From positions 438,881 to 502,880 of the forward strand of contig CAVVGQ010000009.1 of assembly GCA_963747825.1 (NCBI GenBank): 64,000 bases of DNA, in the 5' to 3' direction. Source of the stretch: an uncultured Acidimicrobiales bacterium (GTDB lineage Bacteria; Actinomycetota; Acidimicrobiia; Acidimicrobiales; RAAP-2). The position numbers were made by a program, and so were the translations under genes. Below are positions 19,770-29,937 of this stretch, piece after piece. The notes beneath the pieces are model-generated. The model saw only the letters and a list, made by a program, of their open reading frames with translations, was not told where the DNA came from and searched no databases. Numbering within the stretch: the first letter of the stretch is position 1; every line of letters starts with the position of its first letter.

Positions 19770-21726
19770 TCAGGCCCCGGCCTCGACCGGCGCGTGCTCG
19801 TCCAACTCGGATTGGCGCACCCAGGTGGCGTACATCTCGGCGTAGCGACCCCCGGCCGCAACCAGTTCGTCGTGGGTGCCGACCTCGATGATACGGCCGA
19901 GGTCGACGACCACGATGCGGTCGGCCCGCATGGCCGTCGACAGCCGGTGGGCGATGAGGATGGCGGTGCGGTTCTCGAGCAGGACGTCGAGGGCGTTCTC
20001 GATCTTGGTCTCTGACTGCAGGTCCAGGTTGGACGTGGCCTCGTCCAGCACCAGCACCCGCGGATGGGCGAGGAACGCCCGGGCCAGGGCCAGTAGTTGG
20101 CGTTCCCCGGACGACAGGGTCTGGCCCCGCTCATGGACCACGGTGTCGAGGCCGTTCGGCATCCGGTCCACCACGTCGGTGAGGCCGACCTTGTCGACCG
20201 CCTCGTGGATCTCCTCGTCACTGGCGTCGGGGCGGGCGAAGGCGATGTTGTCCCCGATGGTGCCGGCGAAGAGGAACGGTTCCTGGGGGACCACCCCGAG
20301 CTGGCTGCGCAGGGAGTGCATGGTCACGTCTCGCAGGTCATACCCATCGATGAGGACCCGTCCGACCGAGGGGTCGTAGAACCGGGTCACCAACTTGGCC
20401 AGGGTCGACTTGCCGGCGCCGGTCGGCCCCACAAAGGCCACCGTCTCGCCCGGGGATACCCGGAGGTCGACGTCCTCGATGACCAGTCGATCAGGCAGGT
20501 AGCCGAAGGAGAGGTGGTCGAAGACGATCTCGCCTTCGATAGGGGGAAGCTCCACCGCGTCGGCGCCGCTCGCGGACCTCGGGCTCGGTGTCCACCAGGT
20601 CACGCAACTTGTTCACCGAAGCCTGACCCTGCTGGTAGGTGTTGTACTGCTGGACCAGCAGCTGGATGGGCTGGAACAGCCGATTGAGGTAGAGGAAGAA
20701 GGCCACCAGGCCGCCGAGGGACAGGGTGTGGTCGACCACCATCGAGCCACCGATGGCCAGCAGCACGGCCTGGCCCAGGACGCCGAGCAGCTGGGTCCCG
20801 GGGCCGTAGATGGCGTTGACCCGGGCCGTGTAGTTGTTGGCGTCCCGGTAGTCGCCGACCACGTTGCGATGGTGGATCACGTTGTGCCGCTGCCGGTTGT
20901 GGGCCGTCACGATGCGCACGCCGTGCAAGCTCTCCGACAGGTCGGCCAGCACGTTGGCGATGCCGTCCCGCACCCGGTCGTAGCCGCGCTCGGAGGCCCG
21001 CTTGAACCACACCGAGGCTCCGAACAGGGCCGGCAGGATGAGCACGACGGTGATAGACGCCAGCCGAACGTTGGTGGCGAACAGGATGGCGGTGATGACC
21101 ACCATGGTCAGTCCCTGGATGGCCAGCTGGGACAGGCCGTCCTGCAGCAGCTGCTGGAGGTTCTCGATGTCGCTGGTCATCCGGCTCATGACCACGCCGG
21201 CCTTCTCTTCGGTGAAGAAGCCGAGCGAGAGGCGCTGCAGATGGGCGAAGACCTTCACCCTGAGGTCGTTCATCACCCAGGCGGCAAGGCGGCCGGTGAC
21301 CTGGACCTGGAAGCGCTGGGCCAAGGCGGTGATGACAACGAAGACCAGATAGGCGATGGCCGCTCCCACCACCACCGCGAAGTTGAAGTGGCCTTTTTCC
21401 ATCCCGTGGTTGATGGCGTACTCGGTCAGTGTCGGCCCCACCTGGGAGGCCACCGCCACCACCACCACCAGGATCCCGGCCAGGGCCAGCATGCCGGGGT
21501 ACTTGGTCAACAGCCGCCGCAGGCTCAGGCGCTTGAGATCGCGCTCGGAGCTGTTCTGGCTGAAGACGATGTCGGGATCGGCGTACTCGGGCTCGGTGGC
21601 CAGTAGTTTGTCCACCCCGTCCTGGAGCTCGTGGGGGATGCCGGCGAACGGCAGGCCGGAGGCGGCCGAGGCTTGCGCTCCTCCGGGGCCGCCGAAGCCC
21701 CCTCCACCGCCGCCACCGAACATCAT
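19770..21726 (-). pseudogene. ABC exporter, fused permease/ATPase, one apparent frameshift near 20560-20600
   Basis: The TMD is in ORF 20491..21726 and the NBD in ORF 19770..20603, in another frame. Walker A GPTGAGKST, signature LSSGERQ, Walker B VLVLDEATS. N-terminus is MMFGGGGGGGFGGPGG. Confidence 0.85.
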
Positions 21727-23693
21727 GACCGGCCTCCGCCCCGGACTGAGTCGAGCAGGTCCCGCAGCTGCTGGCCGTCGGGCTCTGCCGACGCCCCGTC
21801 GGTGCCCGACCCCGCCTCCTGCTCGGCCTCGTCGGCGTCGGCCTCCTGTTCGAACTCACCGGCCTGAGCCAGCACCTCGGCGTAGAGCGGGGTGCTGTCG
21901 AGCAGCTCGGCGTGGGTTCCGTCGGCCACGATCTTGTGCTGGTCCAACAGGATCACCCGGTCGGCCAGCGAGATGGTGGACAGGCGGTGGGCGATGATCA
22001 GCGTGGTGCGGCCCTCCATCTGGACCCGCAGCCCGGCGTGGATCCGCTGCTCGACCTGGACGTCGATGGCGCTGGTGGCGTCGTCGAGCACCATGATGGG
22101 TGGGTTGACCAGCAGGGTCCGGGCGATGGCGATCCGTTGCCGTTGCCCGCCGGACAATGTGTACCCCCGCTCGCCCACCACTGTGTCGTAGCCGTCGGCC
22201 AGGTGGGAGATGAACTCGTGGGCGCCGGCGGCCTTGGCTGCGGCCACGATCTCCTCGATGTCGGCGGACGGTCTGCCGTAGGCGATGTTGTCCCGGACTG
22301 ACACCGAGAAGAGGAAGGGCTCGTCGAGGACCACCCCCACATTGGCCCGGAGACTGTCCAGGGTGATGTCGCGGACGTCGTGGCCGTCGATCTGCACCGA
22401 GCCGTGCTTGACGTCATAGAAGCGGGTCAAGAGCCGGGCCACGGTCGACTTGCCGGCCCCGGTCCGGCCGACCAGCGCCACCGTCTCGCCTGGGGTGATG
22501 TGCAGGTCGAAGTCGGCCAGCACCAGCTGGTCGGCGTCGACGGCGTAGGCGAAGTCGACGTGATTGAACCGCACGTCCCCTTTGCAGTCGACAAGATCGA
22601 CGGCGTCGGGCGAATCGGTGACGGTGGGTTGCTCGTCGATGATCTCGTAGATGCGGTCGGCCGAGGCCGCAGCCCGCTGGCCCATCATGATCAGCATGCC
22701 CAGCATCATGAACGGGGCCTGGAGCATGAGGAGGTAGGCGTTGAAGGCGAAGATGTCCCCGATGCTCAGCCCGCCATGGATGACCATGTAACCGCCGAAC
22801 AGCAGGACCAGGGCCAGGCCCACTTGGGGCAGGTTCTGGACGAGGGGGGAGAAGCGGGCCCGGAGGTCGGCGTCTTTGATGTAGCTCCACCGCAGCCTGT
22901 CGGCCGCCCCCGACAGCGAGCGGAGCTGCTGCTGCTCGGCGGCAAAGGACTTGACCACCCGAACGCCGTTGACGTTCTCGTCGACGATGGTGGCCACGTC
23001 GGCCAGTCGCGACTGGATGAGCCACGACACCGGGAACATCGACTTCCGCATCTTCACGCCGGCCAGGTAGACGAAGGGCATGGTGGCCATGGCCACGAAG
23101 GCCAGCGGGACGTCGATGGACAACATGAAGCCGAAGGCGACGATGGCGATGGAGCACTGGACCAGGATGGACGGGGCGAAAGTCATGTACATCTGGACCG
23201 ACCGGATGTCCGAGTTGGCCCGCGAGATGAGCTGCCCGGACTGCACGCGGTCGTAGAAGGAGAACGACATCTTGGTCAGGTGCTCGTAGATGATGTTGCG
23301 TAGGTCGTACTCGATGTCGTAGGCCGTCTCGAAGAGGAACAGCCGGGAGATGTAGCCGGCCACGCCGCCCACCAGCCCGATCCCGACGATGAGCCAGACA
23401 TAGTGGCCGAGCGGCACGGAGTGGCTCTGGATCGAGTTGGTGATGGCGTGGTTGATCAAGTTGGGCACCAGGACCTGCAGCACCAGCCCCACGAAGGAGG
23501 CCACCAGCGAGGTGATGAAGATCCCCTTGTGGGCGCCCATGATGGGCAGGACCCGACGGAGCCAGGTGAGGGACTTGTCCGGATCGATGGTGGCCCGGGG
23601 CGGATCGTTGCGGGCCACCTCGTCGATAGGGACGAACTCGGTGCCCACCTCGGGCGTCGTCGATGGACGCGGCCGGAGTCGGGGAGCCCTCAT
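21723..23693 (-). CDS. ABC exporter, fused permease/ATPase (partner of the adjacent gene)
   Basis: 656 aa. Six TM segments, then GRTGAGKST, LSGGQRQRIAIAR, IMVLDDATSA. Start and stop overlaps with both neighbours. Confidence 0.9.
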   Translation of the reverse strand: MRAPRLRPRPSTTPEVGTEFVPIDEVARNDPPRATIDPDKSLTWLRRVLPIMGAHKGIFITSLVASFVGLVLQVLVPNLINHAITNSIQSHSVPLGHYVWLIVGIGLVGGVAGYISRLFLFETAYDIEYDLRNIIYEHLTKMSFSFYDRVQSGQLISRANSDIRSVQMYMTFAPSILVQCSIAIVAFGFMLSIDVPLAFVAMATMPFVYLAGVKMRKSMFPVSWLIQSRLADVATIVDENVNGVRVVKSFAAEQQQLRSLSGAADRLRWSYIKDADLRARFSPLVQNLPQVGLALVLLFGGYMVIHGGLSIGDIFAFNAYLLMLQAPFMMLGMLIMMGQRAAASADRIYEIIDEQPTVTDSPDAVDLVDCKGDVRFNHVDFAYAVDADQLVLADFDLHITPGETVALVGRTGAGKSTVARLLTRFYDVKHGSVQIDGHDVRDITLDSLRANVGVVLDEPFLFSVSVRDNIAYGRPSADIEEIVAAAKAAGAHEFISHLADGYDTVVGERGYTLSGGQRQRIAIARTLLVNPPIMVLDDATSAIDVQVEQRIHAGLRVQMEGRTTLIIAHRLSTISLADRVILLDQHKIVADGTHAELLDSTPLYAEVLAQAGEFEQEADADEAEQEAGSGTDGASAEPDGQQLRDLLDSVRGGGRS

Positions 23694-24163
23694 CGGGCCG
23701 CGCTCCGTGCCCGGCGGTAGGCCCCGAAGGCTCGTCGCCAGGCGAACAGCCCGTCGAAGGCCCTCTGCTTGTCACCTTCGTCCTCGAGGCAGGCGGCGAT
23801 ATCGCCCAGCCGGGTGGCGACGGCCGAGTCGGCCAGGGCCAGGGTGCGGTGGCCAGCCTCGGTGAGGACGTGGTCCACCAGACGCCGGTCGGCGGCCACG
23901 TCTCGGCGTTCCACCAGACCTCGGGCCACCAACCCGTCGACGATGGCGGTAACGCTCGGTGGCCGCACGGCCAGCCGCTCGGCCAGGTCGGAGGAGACCG
24001 CCGGGCTCTCGTCCAGCAGCCCGAGGACGCGGTACTGGGGTAGGGACAGGTCGGCGGGAGCCAACCCGATCTCCACCTGTTTGGCCAACCACGCCGCCGC
24101 CCGTCCCACGGTACGTTGGTCGTCGGTGGCGGGCACCACCCGCGGTGTTACTTCGAGATCCAC
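23690..24163 (-). CDS. MarR family transcriptional regulator
   Basis: 157 aa with a winged-helix core (LSLPQYRVLGLL...LAERLAVRPPSVTAIVDGLVARGLVER). First gene of the ABC operon. Confidence 0.85.
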   Translation of the reverse strand: MDLEVTPRVVPATDDQRTVGRAAAWLAKQVEIGLAPADLSLPQYRVLGLLDESPAVSSDLAERLAVRPPSVTAIVDGLVARGLVERRDVAADRRLVDHVLTEAGHRTLALADSAVATRLGDIAACLEDEGDKQRAFDGLFAWRRAFGAYRRARSAAR

Positions 24164-24443
24164 ATAGTTAGACTATCGAATCATCGATGAGCCCCGTACA
24201 CGGCGGCGGGTGTTCCCGGCGGACCCGGAGTCCGGGCCGGGTCCTCGCCCCAGGCTCTAGTCTCGGCCCTGGCCCTGGCCCCAGTGGGCGGGTTCAGGGG
24301 GTCTGCGCCGGGGACCCGCCTAGGCACCGACACCGGTCGGATCGACCGACGGGACCGGAAACATACCTGACCAGCGATTTGGCCCAATCTGCCACCGGCC
24401 TGCCCGGCGCCGCTCCACCTGCTGGGGGCAGCCGCGCCGGCGG

Positions 24444-25895
24444 CTACGAGACGAGCCCGCCGGTGTTGAGATTGAGCCCGTCGGCGCTCTTCGAACGGTG
24501 GACCACCTGGACCTCGGTGAACTCGGCGAGACCCCAGGGGCCATTCTCCACACCGACACCGCTCCACTTGAAACCACCGAAGGGCTGTTGGGGGGCCAGG
24601 GCCAGGTGGGTGTTTACCCAGGCCGTGCCGCATTCGAGCCGCCCGGCGATCTCGGCCGCCCGGTCGGTGTCGGTTCCCCAGACCGAGCCGGACAATCCGA
24701 AGTGGGTGGCGTTGGCCCGCTCGACCACGTCGTCCAGGTCACGGTAGGACACGACAGGCAGGGCCGGGCCGAACTGCTCCTCGTCGACGATGCGGGTTCC
24801 GTCGGTCAGATCGGTGAGGATGGTCGGCTCGAAGAAGTACCCGGGGCCGTCCATGGGGGCCCCGCCGGTGGCGGCGGTGGCCCCATGGGACAAGGCGTCA
24901 GCCACCAGCTCCTTCACCCGTTCGAACTGGGGGGCGTTGTTGATCGGACCGAGCTTGGAGTCGGCCTCGGTGCCGTTGCCGACCTTGATCGACGAAGCCT
25001 GGGCCGACAGACCCTCGACCACGTCGTCATAGAGCGACTCGGGTACGTAGACGCGCTTGATGGCTGAGCACACCTGTCCGTTGTTGTTGAATGCTCCGGC
25101 GAAGATGGCCTTGGCCACCACGGCCGGGTCGGCGTCCTCGAGCACGATGGCCGGATCGTTGCCGCCCAGCTCGAGAGTGACACGCTTGAGATCGGGGGCA
25201 GCCGAGAGGGCCACCTTCTTCCCCGTCTCGATCGAGCCGGTGAAGCTCACCTTGCGGGGCACGGGGTGGCTGGTCATCCAGGCCCCGAGTTCATCGCCGC
25301 CACTGACCACGTTGATCACGCCGGGAGGCACCACGCCTCGCAGGATCTCGGCCGTTTTGAGGGTGGTGAGGGGGGTGAACGGCGAGGGCTTCAGGACCAG
25401 AGTGTTCCCGGCCAGCAGGGCCGGGGCGATCTTCCAGAAGGCCAACGTGAGCGGGAAGTTCCACGGGGTGATGGCCGCCACCACGCCGACCGGGCGGCGA
25501 ACCACCTCGACCAGGGCCTCGGCGTCGTCTTGGATCACCTGGGGCGGCGTCTCCAGGTTGGCGAAGTACTGGCACCAGATGGCGGCGGCGAACACCTCGA
25601 TGTTGGCGTCGCCGAGCGGCTTGCCCTGCTCGGCGGTGAGTACCGGGGCCAGCTCGCCGGACGAGGCCAGCAAGACGTCGGCCATCTTCAGCAGGGTGGC
25701 CCGGCGGGCGCCCTCGTCCGACTTCCAGTCCCGTTGGGCCTTGGAGGCGGCGTCGAAGGCGGCGTCGAGCTGTTGGGGACTGCATTCGGGAGCGTGGGCG
25801 AACACCTCGCCGTTGGCCGGATTGACCACTCCGAACGAGTCGACTGCCGGCACGGTGTCCCCGGCAATGGTCATGACGAAATCGGACATCTGCAT
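24444..25895 (-). CDS. aldehyde dehydrogenase family protein
   Basis: ELGGNDP and GQVCSAIKRVYV (catalytic Glu and Cys motifs). Start set at MQMSDF (25895; 25889 is also possible), because the ORF-track extension upstream is Pro/Arg-rich. Confidence 0.88.
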   Translation of the reverse strand: MQMSDFVMTIAGDTVPAVDSFGVVNPANGEVFAHAPECSPQQLDAAFDAASKAQRDWKSDEGARRATLLKMADVLLASSGELAPVLTAEQGKPLGDANIEVFAAAIWCQYFANLETPPQVIQDDAEALVEVVRRPVGVVAAITPWNFPLTLAFWKIAPALLAGNTLVLKPSPFTPLTTLKTAEILRGVVPPGVINVVSGGDELGAWMTSHPVPRKVSFTGSIETGKKVALSAAPDLKRVTLELGGNDPAIVLEDADPAVVAKAIFAGAFNNNGQVCSAIKRVYVPESLYDDVVEGLSAQASSIKVGNGTEADSKLGPINNAPQFERVKELVADALSHGATAATGGAPMDGPGYFFEPTILTDLTDGTRIVDEEQFGPALPVVSYRDLDDVVERANATHFGLSGSVWGTDTDRAAEIAGRLECGTAWVNTHLALAPQQPFGGFKWSGVGVENGPWGLAEFTEVQVVHRSKSADGLNLNTGGLVS

Positions 25896-25977
25896 TCCCC
25901 CGGCTGTCGATCGGCGGCTCCCGACGGGAGCCAGTGGGTCCGAGCTTAAACCCCGGGGGGACGGAGGCGAACCGGGT

Positions 25978-28200
25978 TCATACCGAGACCGGTTCAGGTT
26001 CCCTCGGGGGGGTCGGCTCGCCGGACTGGTCGGAGGCCGAAGGCATGTCCGGGTCGACGGCAAGGCGGGGGAGCACCCGGTCGAGCCACGCCGGGAACCA
26101 CCAGTTCGTCTTCCCGATGAAGAACATCAGGGCCGGGACGATGGCCATGCGGATCAAGAGGGCGTCCATGAGGATGCCGGCGGCCAGCCCGAGCCCGAAC
26201 TCCTTGATGACCCGCTCCCCGCCGAGAATGAACGAGCCGAACACCAGGATCATGATCAGGGCCGCGGCCGTGATCGTCTTGCCGGTGGCGGCGAGACCCT
26301 TGCGAACCGCGGTGGCATTGTCACCGCACTTCATGTACTCCTCTTGGATGCGGGTGATGAGGAAGACCTCATAGTCCATGGACAGCCCGAACAGGATGGC
26401 GAACAGCATGACCGGCAGGAATGACTCGACCGGTCCGGGTCCCCCCACCTGGAACACCGATCCCAACCAACCCCACTGGAATACCGCCACCAGCACCCCG
26501 AAGGCGGCGCCGATGGAGAGCAGGTTCATGGCCGCCGCCGTCAGCGGAATGATGATGCTTCGGAAGACCATGGCCAGCAACAGGAACGACAGCACCACCA
26601 CCAGCCCGATGAACAGGGGCAGCTTGGACGAGAGCACTCGGGCGAAGTCCACGAAGATGGCCGTATTGCCACCCACGTAGACCGAGACCCCGGTGCCCGA
26701 CACCGTCGCCGGGATCGTCACCTGGCGGAGATGGTCGATCAAGGCCGTGGTCTGCGACGCCTCCGGTGACGTGGTCGGATAGGCGGTGATCAACGCCACG
26801 GTCTGGCCGTCCTTGGTCGGCAGAGTGACCGGGGGGACCACGGTGGCCACCCCGGGCTGCGCCTTCACTGCCGTCACCAAGCTGTCCAGCGCCGGTAGGT
26901 CGGCCGAGCCGGCGTTCTGGGTCACCAGGAGCAGCGGACCGTTGAAGCCCGGCCCGAACCCTTGGGCCAACAGGTCGTAGGCCTCCCGGGTGGTGGTCCC
27001 CACCGGGTCGTTGCCCTGGTCCGACGAGCCCAGTCGGAGCGAGAAGAAGGGCAGAGCCACCAGGACGATGATCACGAAAGCGACCAGAGCGGGAACGATC
27101 GGTCGCTTCTGGATGAACGCCGCCCACCGGGGCCAGAAGCCGCTGGTGCCCGATCCGATGACCTTGGGGCCGTTTTCGGCCAGGTCCTTCTTCTGGCGTC
27201 GGCTGAGCACTCGAGGTCCGATGAACCCGAGGAACGCCGGGAGCAGCGTGAGGGCGGCAAGCATGGTGAACGACACCCCGATGGCGGCGGCGATGGCCAG
27301 TCCGTACAGGAACGACACCCCAAGGGCGAACATGCCGAGCAGGGCGATGCAGACGATGATCCCGGCGAACAGGACGGCGCGTCCCGAGGTGTTCACGGCG
27401 TTGACGATCGACGATTCGAGGTCGTTCCCGGCAATGAGTCCCTGGCGGTGCCGGGTCACGATGAAGAGGGCGTAGTCGACCCCGACGCCGAGCCCGATGA
27501 GCAGGACCAGTTCGGTGGAGAACACGGGCATCTTGAGCACATGGCTGAGCAGTCCGATCACCCCGATGGCGGTGCCCAGCGACGCCAACGCCGACAGCAG
27601 CGGCAACAACATGGCAAAGACGGATCCGAACACCAACAAGAGGACGACACCGGCCAGGATGACACCGAGACCCGTGCCACCGAACGACTGCTTGTCGGCG
27701 GCTTCGGCCACTTGGCCCGCCACCGCCACCTGGAGGTTCGGCCCGCTCGCCGATTGTGCCGTCGAGACCAGCTGTTTGGCCACCGGCGTCGAGACGTACT
27801 GGGCCAACTTGTCGAAGGTGACGGTGGCGAAAGCGGTGGTGGCGTCCTTGCTGATCTGGGCGGATCCGTACGGGCTGTAGGGACTGGTTACGGTGCTGAC
27901 GCCGGGAACCTGCTTCACCTTGTCGAGCATGGCCGTCACCGGCGACTGCACCTGGGGATCGGTGACCTTGTCGCCGTTCGTGGTGTGGAACACGATCTGT
28001 TCACGGTCGCCGGCCACACTCGGTGCCGCCGCCTGGAGGAGGTCGAGCGCCTTGGTCGACTCGGTATTGGGCAACGAGAAGCTGTTGGAGTAGGCGGTGC
28101 CCACCGACTGGGAGATGACGGACATGCCGATGAGGGCTGTCAACCACAGCAGCAGGACGATCACACGGTGACGGACACACCAGGAGGCAAGGGCCTTCAT
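25978..28200 (-). CDS. MMPL family (RND superfamily) transporter
   Basis: 740 aa. Two 6-TM bundles are each preceded by a soluble loop, the typical MMPL arrangement. Confidence 0.88.
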   Translation of the reverse strand: MKALASWCVRHRVIVLLLWLTALIGMSVISQSVGTAYSNSFSLPNTESTKALDLLQAAAPSVAGDREQIVFHTTNGDKVTDPQVQSPVTAMLDKVKQVPGVSTVTSPYSPYGSAQISKDATTAFATVTFDKLAQYVSTPVAKQLVSTAQSASGPNLQVAVAGQVAEAADKQSFGGTGLGVILAGVVLLLVFGSVFAMLLPLLSALASLGTAIGVIGLLSHVLKMPVFSTELVLLIGLGVGVDYALFIVTRHRQGLIAGNDLESSIVNAVNTSGRAVLFAGIIVCIALLGMFALGVSFLYGLAIAAAIGVSFTMLAALTLLPAFLGFIGPRVLSRRQKKDLAENGPKVIGSGTSGFWPRWAAFIQKRPIVPALVAFVIIVLVALPFFSLRLGSSDQGNDPVGTTTREAYDLLAQGFGPGFNGPLLLVTQNAGSADLPALDSLVTAVKAQPGVATVVPPVTLPTKDGQTVALITAYPTTSPEASQTTALIDHLRQVTIPATVSGTGVSVYVGGNTAIFVDFARVLSSKLPLFIGLVVVLSFLLLAMVFRSIIIPLTAAAMNLLSIGAAFGVLVAVFQWGWLGSVFQVGGPGPVESFLPVMLFAILFGLSMDYEVFLITRIQEEYMKCGDNATAVRKGLAATGKTITAAALIMILVFGSFILGGERVIKEFGLGLAAGILMDALLIRMAIVPALMFFIGKTNWWFPAWLDRVLPRLAVDPDMPSASDQSGEPTPPREPEPVSV

Positions 28201-28451
28201 GACGGGGGACTCCTCATACTTCGCTGTCGATTACCAAAGGGGGGCCGTGCCACATGGGGTCCAGGGACGTTCGGCCGAAGCGGGCGCTCCCCCCTAGTTT
28301 TGCCGAAGAACAGGTCCGAGAGGTAACTGGGCGGAGATCCCGACCGGATTCGACGGCAGCGGGGCCCGAGAACCCCTGGTCCGAGGCACGTCGATCAGGA
28401 CCTCGCGTGGGTGTCCCCATGCCCTCGCCGGAGGTCGGCCATGATCGGGGC

Positions 28452-29207
28452 ATGAGCAGCCTCCCGCGCCTCCTGCCTCTGGCCGGGGCGTTCAACTTTC
28501 GTGACCTCGGTGGCTACCCGGGCCGGGAGGGTCGGGCCACCCGTTGGGGCGTGCTGTTCCGCAGCGACACGCTCCACCAGCTGAGCGGGAGCGACGTGGA
28601 ATTGCCGTCCTCGCTGGGTCTGACCACGATCATCGACCTCCGCACCTCCCGGGAGCTCGAGCGGACCGGGCGGGGGCCCCTCGGTGACCTCCCGATCGGG
28701 TTCCACCACCTGTCGGTGATCCAAGAGGATGGCGGCGAGGCCCTGGCCGCCCCGGCTCCCCCCGGTGAGGAGTTGAGCGAGCGGTACCTCTGGTACCTGG
28801 AAAGCGGCAGGAGATCCCTCGTCGTCGCCCTCACCCTGGTGGCCGAGTCCTCGAACCTTCCCGCCGTCTTCCACTGCGCGGCCGGCAAGGACCGAACCGG
28901 CGTGTTGGCCGCCCTGGTGCTGGACATTCTCGGCGTCGACGACGAGGTGATCGTGGCCGACTACGTCATCACCGCCGAGCGCATGCCGCTGATCCTGGAG
29001 CGCTACCGCTCGGATCCGGCCTTCGCCGAGCGGATGGCCACGCTCCCGGGGTCGCGGTTCGGCGTCGAGGCGGCCACGATGGGGCGATTTCTGGCCGGGT
29101 TGCGGGCCCGATACGGGGGAGCCCGCTTATGGGCGCTCTCCTCCGGGGTGCCGGCCGAGGCCCTCGATCGGATGGACGGGGTGTTGCTCGAGCCCCCTAC
29201 GGCCTGA
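28452..29207 (+). CDS. protein-tyrosine phosphatase-like protein
   Basis: CX5R active-site loop HCAAGKDRTG. N-terminal NFRDLGG motif. ATG at 28452. Confidence 0.8.
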   Translation: MSSLPRLLPLAGAFNFRDLGGYPGREGRATRWGVLFRSDTLHQLSGSDVELPSSLGLTTIIDLRTSRELERTGRGPLGDLPIGFHHLSVIQEDGGEALAAPAPPGEELSERYLWYLESGRRSLVVALTLVAESSNLPAVFHCAAGKDRTGVLAALVLDILGVDDEVIVADYVITAERMPLILERYRSDPAFAERMATLPGSRFGVEAATMGRFLAGLRARYGGARLWALSSGVPAEALDRMDGVLLEPPTA

Positions 29208-29299
29208 GTTGCGACCGCCCGGCGGTGGCCGCCATCCCGACCGGGCGGCGGTGGCCGCCGCAGGTAGTTGCCGATCGATCCCGATCTACACTGGTCTGC

Positions 29300-29902
29300 G
29301 TGACCGCTTCGATCGTGGCGTCGATCATTGTTGACGTGCTGATATTCATCGGGCTGATGACCGCTGTCACCTGCACCGGGGCATACCTGCTGTGGCGGTA
29401 CGGACGGCGCAAATGGCGGGCGTTCCACTCCCATGGAGCGGTGGTGGCGGCGGGATCCCTGTGGGAAGTGGCGTCGTCGGGGTTCCTCCGGGCCCGAGCC
29501 CCGCTCTCGGGCGAGGCTGCGGGCCGGTGGCCGGCCCGCAGGGTGCGCAAGGAGATGTGGCGGGCGGTCGACCAGGCCGACGCGGCGGTACGGGCGGCGG
29601 CTGGGGTGGGAGCGCCCACGGCATCCCTCCCGTCGCTCTGCCATCGCCTGCGTGAGGCGGCGATCGGAATCGATCAGGTGCTTCGCGTCGATCCGTCTGG
29701 TCCGGTCCCTCCGGCGGTGGCCCGACAGGCCGTCGACGTGGTCAGGGCGGCGGGCGACCTCCAGCGGGCTGCGGTGGCATCGGCCAGCGACGCCACCGGT
29801 CAACGGGTCAGCGATCTGGTCCACGATGCCGATCAGGAGATCGGACTGCTGGCGGCCGGCCTGGCCTCGGTCCGGACCGTGCTGCCGCCGACCCGCCACT
29901 GA
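29300..29902 (+). CDS. hypothetical membrane-anchored protein
   Basis: Possible GTG start at 29300 directly before the single TM helix (IVASIIVDVLIFIGLMTAV). The rest is Ala/Arg-rich and helical. No family recognised. Confidence 0.35.
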   Translation: MTASIVASIIVDVLIFIGLMTAVTCTGAYLLWRYGRRKWRAFHSHGAVVAAGSLWEVASSGFLRARAPLSGEAAGRWPARRVRKEMWRAVDQADAAVRAAAGVGAPTASLPSLCHRLREAAIGIDQVLRVDPSGPVPPAVARQAVDVVRAAGDLQRAAVASASDATGQRVSDLVHDADQEIGLLAAGLASVRTVLPPTRH

Positions 29903-29937
29903 CCGACATCTCCGATCCGAGCGGGGCCGCTAGGCGA

